64,000 bases of DNA. Source: Candidatus Poribacteria bacterium. GTDB taxonomy: Bacteria; Poribacteria; WGA-4E; WGA-3G. Location: positions 3,424,001 to 3,488,000 of the forward strand of contig OZ243938.1 in the NCBI GenBank assembly GCA_965214095.1, given 5' to 3'. The position numbers and the translations under genes are program-made. Shown here piece by piece: positions 1 to 9,217 of this stretch. How positions within the stretch are numbered: the stretch's first letter is position 1; each line of letters starts with the position of its first letter. Under the pieces are notes generated by a model. The model was not told the origin of the DNA and searched no databases. It saw only the letters and a list, made by a program, of their open reading frames with translations.

Positions 1-301
1 GATTGGTGCCATCTAAACCTTCCCATGTGATTTCAAAGCCGAGGTTTTCACATCGTTTTGCTGCTTCTCGTAGATTTGGTACACGGACACCGATATGCAA
101 ATAGTCTAACATGCCGCCGATATGTTTGGGACGGTCAGGACCGTTGTGTTGGAATACACGAAAGTTGTGATAACCGTCGGTTAGATCGTAACAACCGTTC
201 TTCGTTGATGCGACTGTTAAACCGAGTGCATCGCGCCAGAAACGGATGCTTTTTTCTAAGTTAGTTGTGCGGACACCTATATGTACAAGTGTTGTTGCCA
301 T
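1..301 (-). CDS. VOC/glyoxalase family protein (3' end outside window)
   Basis: Translated by hand from ATG at 301: MATTLVHIGVRTTNLEKSIRFWRDALGL...YLHIGVRVPNLREAAKRCENLGF. The paired HIGVR motifs fit the VOC fold. A purine-rich RBS (GGGAGA) lies upstream. Not in the ORF track. Confidence 0.8.
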   Translation of the reverse strand, partial: MATTLVHIGVRTTNLEKSIRFWRDALGLTVASTKNGCYDLTDGYHNFRVFQHNGPDRPKHIGGMLDYLHIGVRVPNLREAAKRCENLGFEITWEGLDGTN

Positions 302-355
302 GAGAGAATCTCCCTTTCGTTAATCTATTTTGAAATTAACTATACACTTTGCATT

Positions 356-552
356 TAGAAAAACGCGTTTGTAGTCGCGCAATTCATTGCGCCTCTTACA
401 TTATATGAATAAGCAATTGGGACAATATGTTTCAATAATTGTAAGGTTTACTATAGAAAAACGCGTTTGTAGTCGCGCAATTCATTGCGCCTCGGACATT
501 ATATGAATAAGCAATTGGGACAATATGTTTCATTAATTGTCCGTTTTACCAT
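356..552. repeat. Tandem duplication of a 98-bp intergenic unit, each copy with a GTAG-REP hairpin
   Basis: TAGAAAAACGCGTTTGTAGTCGCGCAATTCATTGCGCCTC...GGGACAATATGTTTCA starts at 356 and again at 454. A related inverted copy lies at ~33995-34035. Confidence 0.9.
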
Positions 553-633
553 AAATTAGTTTGATTGAATGTTTTCTGCTTTGCCATTCATGCAAGGCAC
601 GGAGACCTTGCGCTACAATCATAAAATTGTGCA

Positions 634-1425
634 TCAGACCCATACTTCTGGTTCTCGGTCTTCAGCGCGGTGTTCAAAAAGTAGTTTGACATCATCTGGA
701 AACTTATCAAATGTTTCACCCGGTATTGTTGCGGTATTGACACCGAAGAGTTCAAGGTTTAACCACCACGGCGCATATCGAACAACAACTGCTGTGCGCC
801 TACCGTCACTGGGATTTTCTGCATTGGAATGCCAGATTCGGCTATCCATAATCAGGACACTACCTGCACTACCAACGGCTTGCATTTCGCCTTCAATGGG
901 ATTGCGGTCACCGATTCCATCCTCTTTACCGCGTGGATTTCGGAGGTCAACGTGCGACTTTGGAACGATCCATGTGCCACCGTTTTCAGTTGTGAAATCT
1001 GTAAGCATCCAGAGTGTAGTGATACCGATAACAGCGGATGGAAAAGGTTGTGTGATGTGCCATTTCTGATTTAGGTCGTAAGGAAAATCGGAGTGATATG
1101 CACGCACCAGATTGTAATGTGGTGGACGGGTCTTATACTCTGCTTGGGAAATACGCACTTGCGGTCCTAATAATTCACGTAGGACAGCAAGGAGACGTTC
1201 ATTCGCGAGATGTTCAGCAAAATGTGGCATAAAACTAATGACATTGCGTGCCCATCTGCCGTTATCTTTGCTGAATTGACCGTAGTCTGATTCTGAGGTC
1301 TCTACCTCTTGGCGGACTGAATCAACAACGTTGGTGGGGATAACATCTTCTAAAACACACCATCCTTCTTCACGCACTTGTGTGACATAAGGATTGATAG
1401 TTTCCGATAGGTTTTCTGTAGACAT
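634..1425 (-). CDS. Phytanoyl-CoA dioxygenase (PhyH) family Fe(II)/2OG dioxygenase
   Basis: EGWCVLEDV start, HSD iron motif, LTDFTTENGGTWIVPKSH, AGSVLIMDSRIWH...N.S..RR. Confidence 0.9.
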   Translation of the reverse strand: MSTENLSETINPYVTQVREEGWCVLEDVIPTNVVDSVRQEVETSESDYGQFSKDNGRWARNVISFMPHFAEHLANERLLAVLRELLGPQVRISQAEYKTRPPHYNLVRAYHSDFPYDLNQKWHITQPFPSAVIGITTLWMLTDFTTENGGTWIVPKSHVDLRNPRGKEDGIGDRNPIEGEMQAVGSAGSVLIMDSRIWHSNAENPSDGRRTAVVVRYAPWWLNLELFGVNTATIPGETFDKFPDDVKLLFEHRAEDREPEVWV

Positions 1426-1513
1426 TCTACTTCTCCTTTTGTATGTTCATATTTAGAAGGAAAATAAGCATGATACGAATTCTATAGAAATGAATTCCTT
1501 ATTGAATTAGAAT

Positions 1514-1789
1514 GTAAGTGGCGCAATAAATTGCGCCACTACGAACCGTCTAGTGGAGTGTCTACACTAAAATTACGGGTATATGATTTGGAAGAGGGCG
1601 AGGTGACCTCGCCTCTACGATCCATATTACCCTTAAAATAAAGGTAGACAAACCACTACTGGAGTGTCCATTCGGACATTGTAGGTCGGGTAGAGGAACG
1701 ACACCCGACTTTATTGATGGTAAATGGCTGCATGTCGGGTTTCGTGCCTCTACCCGACCTACAAGATTCGTGTAGACAGAACAATAGTA
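1514..1789. repeat. Cluster of REP hairpins and TIR-bounded mini-elements
   Basis: Hairpin AGTGGCGCAAT-AA-ATTGCGCCACT at ~1517-1540. Element 1551-1658 has ends TAGTGGAGTGTCTAC / GTAGACAAACCACTA around a GGCGAGGTGACCTCGCC hairpin. An inverted REP pair GTAGGTCGGGTAGAGG...CCTCTACCCGACCTAC spans 1681-1762. Confidence 0.8.
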
Positions 1790-1806
1790 TAATATGACAT
1801 CTACAA

Positions 1807-2190
1807 TTAGTTACGTTCTTTGTTATGTCGGATTGCTACCTTTATGAGCGGTGTGAGACGCATGATTTTACCGAGTGAACCTGCGATGCCGATCTCTCGT
1901 GTTGTGATCGCGCCCATCACATTGAGTTCACCTGTCCAAAATTTGTGTGCGACATCTCCTGTCATGGAGAGTTCTACATCGGGGGTGACATCAACGGAAA
2001 TATCTTGAGAAATAGTATATTCACCGTTTGCTGCAGTTAACGTTATCACACAGTCGGGCATAGTATAATGAAATCTTACACACAAAGTTAGTGTTTTTAG
2101 TGCTTCCTGTGCTTCTGGTAACGTAGCAATTTCTTCAAAAAGTTCACTGATATAACTATAAAGTTGGTCTGAAGTTTCAAATATAGGCAT
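1807..2190 (-). CDS. SCP2 sterol/lipid-binding domain protein
   Basis: PDVELSMTGDVAHKFWTGELNVMGAITTREIGIAGS matches the SCP2 C-terminal pattern; 127 aa. Confidence 0.75.
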   Translation of the reverse strand: MPIFETSDQLYSYISELFEEIATLPEAQEALKTLTLCVRFHYTMPDCVITLTAANGEYTISQDISVDVTPDVELSMTGDVAHKFWTGELNVMGAITTREIGIAGSLGKIMRLTPLIKVAIRHNKERN

Positions 2191-2238
2191 AGTTTGCGGT
2201 ATAGCATAACTTATAACACAATAGAGGTCAAATAAAAA

Positions 2239-2829
2239 ATGATGAAGTCACCACTTGAAAGGCTATCAAGTATTATTGATAAGGTAGATCCAGCAATAAA
2301 GACAGCGGTTAGAAAAGAAGTTCAACAATTAATTGGACAGACTAATTATCTGTACGAATCACCAGTTGGTTTTATAGACATAGTTCAGGTAGAAGAACAT
2401 ATTTCACGTATATCATTCTGTGACGATTCTACGTTTTTTGAGCCATCATTGACAGCAGAAACCGATTTACTGAAACAGGTAAGTAATAAATTGGATGCGT
2501 ATTTTGCTGGTGAGTCGGTGGATTTCAGAGAGATTCCAGTTGAGATAGAAAGTGGAACAGAGTTTCAGAATTCTGTATGGGATACTATCCATCAAATTCC
2601 GTACGGTGAGGTGCGAAGCTACAAATGGATAGCGGAGGAAATCGGTAGACCAAAGGCTGTGCGTGCTGTAGGCAATGCCACTGGCAGCAATCCTATTACG
2701 ATCATAAATCCGTGTCATCGTGTAGTGGGTAGCAACGGTAAGTTAGGTGGTTATGGTGGTGGACTTGAACGAAAACGTCAATTGCTTAAACTTGAGGGAT
2801 ACATAGTTGAGGGGTTAAGTGGAAAATAA
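2239..2829 (+). CDS. ogt: Methylated-DNA--protein-cysteine methyltransferase
   Basis: GTEFQ..VW...IPYGE.RSY, AVRAVG.A...NP, PCHRVV active site, LGGYGGGLERK. Confidence 0.93.
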   Translation: MMKSPLERLSSIIDKVDPAIKTAVRKEVQQLIGQTNYLYESPVGFIDIVQVEEHISRISFCDDSTFFEPSLTAETDLLKQVSNKLDAYFAGESVDFREIPVEIESGTEFQNSVWDTIHQIPYGEVRSYKWIAEEIGRPKAVRAVGNATGSNPITIINPCHRVVGSNGKLGGYGGGLERKRQLLKLEGYIVEGLSGK

Positions 2830-4045
2830 AAAGTATAAAGGAAAATCAACAGAGGCGATACATGCAGGGGAGACGTTGTCAACGGATCCTGTGGACGCGC
2901 ATGATCATCAGTCTGGAAAAACAGGTGTTCCGTTGCTTCCACCGATTTATCAAAATAGCACGTTTCAATTCCGATCAGCATCTGAATGTGCGTCTGCTTT
3001 TGATGATGAGGAGAGCGGTTATATCTATACGCGATGGGGAAATCCGACACAGAAGGCGTTGGAACAGAAAATCGCAGCACTTGAGGGTGGAGAAGCCGCA
3101 TTAGCAACTGCATCAGGTATGGGGGCAATTAGCACTGCCCTACTCACTGCTTTAGCAGATGGTGGTCATGTTGTGGCAATGGAAAATCTTTATTCTGCTA
3201 CGTTCCATCTGCTCAACGAAGATCTGACACAGATGGGTGTTGAAACGACTTTTGTGGATGCTACGGATTTAGATAAGATTGAAAGTGCGATTCGTCCAGA
3301 TACAAAGATCATCTATCTTGAAAGTCCGACGAATCCGTTGCTGAAGCTTGTTGACCTTGCTGCTTGTGCTGAAATTGCAAAGGCACACAATATTACGACA
3401 ATCATTGATAATACATTTGCAACACCTTGTGGACAGCAACCGATTGCACTCGGTATTGACATAGTGCTGCATAGCATGACAAAATACTTGAGTGGAAACG
3501 GGGCAGTGATTGCTGGCGTGATTGTTGGAGAGAAGTCATTTATTGAACGCGCACAAAAGGGTGCCTTACGTAACTTTGGTGCGGTAATCAGTCCGTTCAA
3601 TGCGTGGTTAACCTTACTCGGTATACCGACTTTACCGTTACGGTTTGAAAAGCACTGTGAGAATGCGTTATGCGTCGCAGCGTATCTTGAGGAACATCCT
3701 GCGGTTGCATGGGTTCGTTATCCGGGGTTACCGAGTCATCCGCAGCATGCCCTTGCGGAAGGTCAAATGAACGGTTTTGGCGGTATGATTACGATGGAAC
3801 TCAAAGGTGGACGTGCAGCAGGTGAAAAGTTGGTGAACCGACTGCAGATCTGTTCGTTGGCGGTGAGTTTAGGTGATGTGCGTACTTTGGTCTGTCATCC
3901 TGCATCAACGACACATTTGCTTGTGCCGGTTGAAGTTCGTCAACAGACTGGCATTACAGACGGGTTGGTTAGGTTTTCAATAGGTTTGGAGGATGTTGAG
4001 GATATTATTTCGGATCTTGAGCAGGCGTTGGGGACGCTGTTGTAA
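2819..4045 (+). CDS. PLP-dependent trans-sulfuration enzyme (cystathionine gamma-synthase / O-acylhomoserine sulfhydrylase / Met gamma-lyase family)
   Basis: YTRWGNPT, ASGMGAI, ESPTNP, IDNTFATP, HSMTKY (PLP lysine), SLGD, RFSIGLED. Confidence 0.9.
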   Translation: MENKKYKGKSTEAIHAGETLSTDPVDAHDHQSGKTGVPLLPPIYQNSTFQFRSASECASAFDDEESGYIYTRWGNPTQKALEQKIAALEGGEAALATASGMGAISTALLTALADGGHVVAMENLYSATFHLLNEDLTQMGVETTFVDATDLDKIESAIRPDTKIIYLESPTNPLLKLVDLAACAEIAKAHNITTIIDNTFATPCGQQPIALGIDIVLHSMTKYLSGNGAVIAGVIVGEKSFIERAQKGALRNFGAVISPFNAWLTLLGIPTLPLRFEKHCENALCVAAYLEEHPAVAWVRYPGLPSHPQHALAEGQMNGFGGMITMELKGGRAAGEKLVNRLQICSLAVSLGDVRTLVCHPASTTHLLVPVEVRQQTGITDGLVRFSIGLEDVEDIISDLEQALGTLL

Positions 4046-4116
4046 TTGGTGAGCCTTACAGAATATCCACAAAATAGTTTAACCTTACTCTTCTCAGGAA
4101 TCCTACTTCGTTGCAT

Positions 4117-4143
4117 CGGCGAGGTTAAGAAACCTCGCCTACC
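4117..4143 (-). repeat. GTAG-type REP hairpin between convergent genes (may also act as a terminator)
   Basis: CGGCGAGGTTAAGAAACCTCGCCTACC; same family as the hairpins at ~16665 and ~33866. Confidence 0.75.
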
Positions 4144-4164
4144 GTTTATGAGAAGTTCTCCACA

Positions 4165-5496
4165 TTAATTTTCATTGAAAGTTTCCGTCCTTAGTTTGTT
4201 GACAAAGTTCTCTGTGATTCTGCGTGAGGGGTGTGACACATTTTGATGCGGTTCAGGAAAATCTGTGATTAGCTTTTCATAAGCTTCTGCTGCTTTTTCC
4301 ATATTTTCCATACTTTCATATATCTCACCGATTTGGTATTGTGCGGAAAGGCGATGGTCATAAGTATGGTTTGGATCATCTGCAAATGCCTGGAAGATTT
4401 CAATGGCGCGGTCAGTATTATCGTTTGCGTATGCTAATTGCCCGATGTAATACTTGGCATTAATTGTGTTTTCGTTATCTGGGTAATTTTCTATAGCGAA
4501 TTCAAGTCGTGAGATTGCTTCACCATATTCTTTCGTTTTCTCAAGAGCCCATCCGATGTAGAAATGTGCATCCTTGCCGACCTGTGTATCGGGAAATAAG
4601 TCAATGACGTTTTGGTATCCGGTAATTGCTTGTTTATATTTCGCTTCTGCATCCTCATATTTTGATTTCGCTTCCTCGGTTTTACCCTCGACTTCTTTTA
4701 GTTGTGCTTCTGCTTCAATTGCTTGCCCTTCTCCAAAGTATGCTTGTGACAAGCGGAAATTTGCAATCGGTGCATGCTCTGTGTCACCAGAATCTACAAC
4801 ATTCCTGAATTCAATTTGTGCGTTCTCATAGTCCTTCTGTTCAAGGTATATGTTTCCGAGTGTGAACATAATCCGATATATAATCGGATGGCTGCGGAGT
4901 TCCAATTTGAGACTGTCAAGTTGACTTAGGGCAATGTTTACATCGCCTCTACCGTAGTAGCACATTGCAGCGGATAATTGTGCTTCTTCTTGAAGGATAC
5001 TGCCCGGATACGTTGCGATGAGTTGATTGAAGAGGGAGAGCGCTCTGTCATAGTATGCTGTGCGAGATTCAAGCGTGCCTGTTTTCCCTAATTCCTCTGC
5101 AATCCGATAGGTGGTTATGGCTATCGCATACATAGCATCATCTGTATACTCACTGTCGGGATAGTCACGTATTAATCGTCTAAAGAGCGCGAATCCTTCC
5201 TCATCAGTGCGTGGGAGGCGTGATGCTAACTGGTAAATTGCATCATCAGCCCAACGTGAATCGGGATAATTATCAAACACTTCTCGGTATGCTGCTCGGA
5301 CTTTTCGCAGTTTATTTTTATCGGGTTCATCAAATGATATCGGTGGACTGTCCAACTGTTGTGCTTCTATCCACGCTTTATCGGCATTTTCTAAATAGTG
5401 TGAATAATCGTTATAGGGTGTGGTGATTCTACCAAGCCAAAAACCGACAGCGAGGGCAATAACGATACATATTTCAATGACTATAAATTTTTTCAT
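4165..5496 (-). CDS. Membrane-anchored tetratricopeptide-repeat protein (BamD/CpoB-like TPRs)
   Basis: Probable start MKKFIVIEICIVIALAVGFWLG after an AAGGAG RBS; repeated 'YPDSxxxxxAxYxIA' TPR units. Confidence 0.8.
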   Translation of the reverse strand: MKKFIVIEICIVIALAVGFWLGRITTPYNDYSHYLENADKAWIEAQQLDSPPISFDEPDKNKLRKVRAAYREVFDNYPDSRWADDAIYQLASRLPRTDEEGFALFRRLIRDYPDSEYTDDAMYAIAITTYRIAEELGKTGTLESRTAYYDRALSLFNQLIATYPGSILQEEAQLSAAMCYYGRGDVNIALSQLDSLKLELRSHPIIYRIMFTLGNIYLEQKDYENAQIEFRNVVDSGDTEHAPIANFRLSQAYFGEGQAIEAEAQLKEVEGKTEEAKSKYEDAEAKYKQAITGYQNVIDLFPDTQVGKDAHFYIGWALEKTKEYGEAISRLEFAIENYPDNENTINAKYYIGQLAYANDNTDRAIEIFQAFADDPNHTYDHRLSAQYQIGEIYESMENMEKAAEAYEKLITDFPEPHQNVSHPSRRITENFVNKLRTETFNEN

Positions 5497-5648
5497 CAAT
5501 ATCTCCTTTTGGTCTTTCAAATACGGTGTAATAGTATGAATTTTAGCAATACTTTGTAAACATGTCAAGGGTGTATGCGGGTTATGTAGGGTTATTCAGT
5601 TTTCGGCTTTTCTTGTGTTTTTTTCACAAATGCTAAATGCCTCAAGCC

Positions 5649-5778
5649 GGTAGGTGCGGTTTCCTAACCGCACCGAATTTGTGCTAAAACCTTTCACAGT
5701 CAGTATTCTTGTAGGTTCCAGTGCGGTTAGGAAACCGCACCTACCGTGGGTGTCAACTTATATTTATAATTCACTATA
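5649..5778. repeat. Inverted REP pair (REPIN-like) ending in a TATAGT-type element end
   Basis: GGTAGGTGCGGTTTCCTAACCGCAC ... GTGCGGTTAGGAAACCGCACCTACC, followed by GTGTCAACTTATATTTATAATTCACTATA (same end as the 16624 and 33828 elements). Confidence 0.8.
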
Positions 5779-5823
5779 AGATTATCACCTAATTGGAATT
5801 TGACATACTATTCTCTTCCAAAG

Positions 5824-6010
5824 TATAAGCAATTTCTATGCCATTGAAATACCTCTAACATACTGAATTTGTGTGTCATCTATAGCAGGTGGTTGCACAT
5901 AAATGTGCATGTTTTGTTTGATATTGCACATTATGGTGCAATTTTCAAGTTTGTACACACCGTCTGTGTCTCTACTAATTTCAATGACAAATTTACTCAG
6001 AAATGCTATA
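5824..6010. mobile_element. Putative MITE with imperfect TATA...ATTTCT ends
   Basis: Ends TATAAGCAATTTCT / AGAAATGCTATA resemble those of the 9079-9194 element. Confidence 0.4.
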
Positions 6011-6039
6011 CTTGTTACAATATATTGGACACAATTAGA

Positions 6040-6270
6040 TGAGGGGTGTGCATAAATAAATTTGATTCTAAGCTTATATCGTAGGTCGGGTAGAACGCAG
6101 TGAAACCCGACACAATCGTATCCAGTCTTGCATGTCGGGTTTCGCAAGCTCTACCCGACCTACAAAATCTTGTCCTTTTTGCACTAAGAATGGTGTCCAT
6201 CCACATGAAGAAGTTTGTGACGTGTGTCACCATCTATGTTGATCCACCGATTATTTATGCACACCCCTCA
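6040..6270. mobile_element. 231-bp MITE with perfect 20-bp TIRs carrying an internal REP pair
   Basis: TGAGGGGTGTGCATAAATAA (6040-6059) and TTATTTATGCACACCCCTCA (6251-6270). Inside is GTAGGTCGGGTAGA...TCTACCCGACCTAC (6082-6163). Confidence 0.8.
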
Positions 6271-6417
6271 AAACACCTGTCGTCCTCTGGGACTGATGTT
6301 TGATACGATGCAATGTATTATTTCGGTTATGCTGTAGACTGAATGACGCGTATATATACTCATTCTGCAATCCCATCCAAATCAATGCCACATGCTCTTG
6401 GCAGAAGGTGAAGAGAG

Positions 6418-7803
6418 ATGGATCCGTTAAAAATTGACTTTGACAAAGGCACGCTCATTCTACAAAATGTTCCAGATACACTTCAATCACAGTTGTCAGA
6501 TATCCTCTGGGATGAACGGACACTAACCTTCCGCGCACCCGCATACCGTTATCGTCATATTATCTCGCAGTTACGTGCACACGATGTTGCCTATGAGGAC
6601 AGTGCACGACAATTCACAGTTAAATCCTTCACTAACCAAAAGCAGGTATCACCTTATCCTTACCAATCAGAAGCGATTGATGCGTGGCATGCGAATGGTA
6701 AACGGGGTGTTATCAGTCTACCAACAGGTGCTGGAAAAACCTTCATCGCCATTTTGCTCATTGCAGAGACACAACGTCCTACGTTGGTGCATGTTCCTAC
6801 AATAGATTTGATGCACCAATGGTATGAAGTGCTGAAAGAGCATTTTGGACAAGAAATTGGACTCTATGGTGGTGGACAACACGAACTTCAAGACCTCACT
6901 GTCACAACCTATCAATCTGCTGTTCTGCATGCCCCTCACTACGGTAATCGTTTCGGTTTAGCAATTTATGATGAGTGTCACCATTTACCGGGAGACCAAT
7001 ATCAATATGCAGCGATCAGTAGTATTGCTCCTTTCCGTTTAGGGTTGACTGCGACACCCGATCGCGTTGATGGCAAAGAGAGTAGACTTTACGCGCTTGT
7101 CGGTGAGTGTTGTTATGAAGCACAAGTGCAAGAACTTTCTGGAAAAACACTATCCGATTATCGTGTTGTCACGATTGAAGTGAATATGCAAGATACGGAA
7201 CGGGTTCAATATGAGGAAGCACGTCGCATTTATTTGAACTTCCTTAAGAAGGAAAGGATCAATATGGGACCATCTCACGGGTGGCAAACATTTTTATGGA
7301 AATCCTCACAATCCGAAGAAGGACGTACCGCCTTCAAAGCATATCTCACACAGAAACAACTGAGTTTTGCATCCGCAGCAAAGCAGGAATGGGTATGGAA
7401 ATTATTGCAACGGCATCGTGGTGATCGGATTTTGATTTTTACACAAGATAACGACACTGCATATCAGATCGGGACACGTTTCTTTCTCCCTGTGTTGACG
7501 CATCAAACTAAACTGAAAGAGCGAAACACATTTTTGAACGGATTTCGGGATGGCACTTTTTCTGTTTTGGTTACTTCAAAAGTTCTCAACGAAGGTGTAG
7601 ATGTGCCAGAAGCGAATGTTGCCATCATCGTATCGGGGAGTGGGAGTGTGCGAGAGCATGTGCAGCGGTTGGGACGTATTTTACGAAAACGGGAAGGTAA
7701 ACAGGCGGTGCTTTACGAACTCATATCAAAAAAGACCAGCGAACAGTTTGTCAACAAACGTAGAAGGCAACACGATGCTTACCAAAAATCTACTCCTATA
7801 TAA
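6418..7803 (+). CDS. XPB/Rad25-like SF2 DNA helicase
   Basis: PYQSEA Q-motif, LPTGAGKT, DECHH, LGLTATP, VLNEGVDVP, QRLGRILR; N-terminal 'WDERT...RAPA..Y' typical of XPB partners of DUF790. Confidence 0.88.
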   Translation: MDPLKIDFDKGTLILQNVPDTLQSQLSDILWDERTLTFRAPAYRYRHIISQLRAHDVAYEDSARQFTVKSFTNQKQVSPYPYQSEAIDAWHANGKRGVISLPTGAGKTFIAILLIAETQRPTLVHVPTIDLMHQWYEVLKEHFGQEIGLYGGGQHELQDLTVTTYQSAVLHAPHYGNRFGLAIYDECHHLPGDQYQYAAISSIAPFRLGLTATPDRVDGKESRLYALVGECCYEAQVQELSGKTLSDYRVVTIEVNMQDTERVQYEEARRIYLNFLKKERINMGPSHGWQTFLWKSSQSEEGRTAFKAYLTQKQLSFASAAKQEWVWKLLQRHRGDRILIFTQDNDTAYQIGTRFFLPVLTHQTKLKERNTFLNGFRDGTFSVLVTSKVLNEGVDVPEANVAIIVSGSGSVREHVQRLGRILRKREGKQAVLYELISKKTSEQFVNKRRRQHDAYQKSTPI

Positions 7804-9023
7804 AATCCGAGAAGGACAAATCTATCCTCAATTTGTGAAACCTACCGATAGTAATTTGCTGTCAGTTTCCGATCAGTTAATCTCAGTTTTTGAAGCATCA
7901 CCCAGCACGCAACGTGCAACACTTCTGGAGACCAGCAAGCATATTATTGAGAGCACAGCAGGGACTGTAATAGTCAAACGTGGACTTGAGAAATTATTGT
8001 TAGATCGTACCAAATTTGATACTGCACCGAACGAAGAACTGATTGCGTTTCGGCAAAATCTGTTCATAGAGACGAGTCGTCTACTTTCACAGGATCAGTT
8101 TACGGATTATGAGGAATATCAGGAGAAAGTACTACAGATTGCGGGTGATGAATCGCAACCAGAGAAAGGGAAGTTAGGTGAGAGACTGTATGCTGATCTA
8201 CCGAGTTGTCAACCTGTAGTGTCGTTTAAGACACTTTCTGCCGAACACTTACTCCACAGATATAACGCTGCACAAGTGCAAGGATTACTCCTCCATTGCA
8301 ATTCTCTCACCTTAAATCTCACAGATTCAATGACAGCTGAGCTTCGTCAGTTGTTTAAATATCTCAGATTCAATCAACTTCTCTCTTCCATTCGCAAGGG
8401 GAAAATTGGTACCGATGATTGCTTCCAAATTACGGTAGATGGTCCGTTAAACTTATTTTACAAAACGAAGCGGTACGGAATAAATTTAGCCCAATTCTTC
8501 ATTGCTGTATTACATCAACCGAAATGGGAAATTACAGCAGAAATCCAGTTTCGGAACAAAAAAAAGTTCTCGTCTATTTCTTGATGAATCGTGTGGAATC
8601 AAACCGATTTCACAGCGATTTCTTGCCTATATTCCTGAAGATATACAACTCTTTCAGGAGATGCTCCGTAATAAAACTGATGACTGGCAAATTCATCCAG
8701 GCAGTCAGTTTCTTCCTTTGCCGGGGGATTTCCACTGTTTTCCAGACTACCAACTCATCCATACCAGTGGAAGAGAAGTATGGATAGAATTATTCCATCC
8801 GTGGCATCAAGGACATCTTCTGGCGCGGCTGAACACACTTGCTGAACAGATAGAAACGCCTCTTATCCTTGGCGTATCAAAGGAATTGCAGAAAAAACCG
8901 ATGATCGCCGATGCACTTGAAACATCGGAGCATTTCTCAAAGTTTGGTTTTACCTTCCGTGATGTTCCGACTATGAATGCTTTGCTGCCTATTCTTAATT
9001 CATTTGTTGATAGTGATAGTTGA
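7775..9023 (+). pseudogene. DUF790 / Bax1-like endonuclease, split by a +1 frameshift in an A8 tract (8558-8565)
   Basis: Starts MLTKNLL (ATG 7775) overlapping the helicase end. Motifs LYADL, RYNAAQVQGLL, DGPLNLF..TKRYG. The C-terminal PDY...VWIEL part is in the next frame; A7 would restore one ORF. Confidence 0.8.
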
Positions 9024-9078
9024 ACCAACATAGGATTCTATCTTGATTAACCCTTTGAGATTCTGGTACAATTGATGT

Positions 9079-9194
9079 AATACCATTTCTAATTGAAAAC
9101 ACCGCATTTTTGTAGCACAAACTGCCAGTTTGTGCCGTCCTTCAAGACATTCTTAACAAATGTTAATGGGATAAACATTTATAGAAATGGTATA
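9079..9194. mobile_element. Putative MITE with internal GTAG hairpin
   Basis: Ends ATACCATTTCTA / TAGAAATGGTAT; internal GTAGCACAAACTGCCAGTTTGTGC. Confidence 0.65.
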
Positions 9195-9217
9195 AGAATG
9201 TAGATGACAAGGAAGGC

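Noticed and set aside
356-552. Possible CRISPR array
   Set aside because: Only two units, the 'spacers' are also duplicated, and there are no cas genes; it is a tandem duplication
2819-4045. Specific call as methionine gamma-lyase (mgl/megL)
   Set aside because: Reads LYSAT rather than the LYGCT motif with the diagnostic Cys, so substrate specificity is left open
5836-6303. Short ORFs at 5836-6147, 6015-6233 and 6100-6303
   Set aside because: They run through MITE/REP sequence and show no protein features
7601-7774. Longer N-terminus for the DUF790 gene
   Set aside because: Lies inside the helicase; the family-typical start is MLTKNLL at 7775
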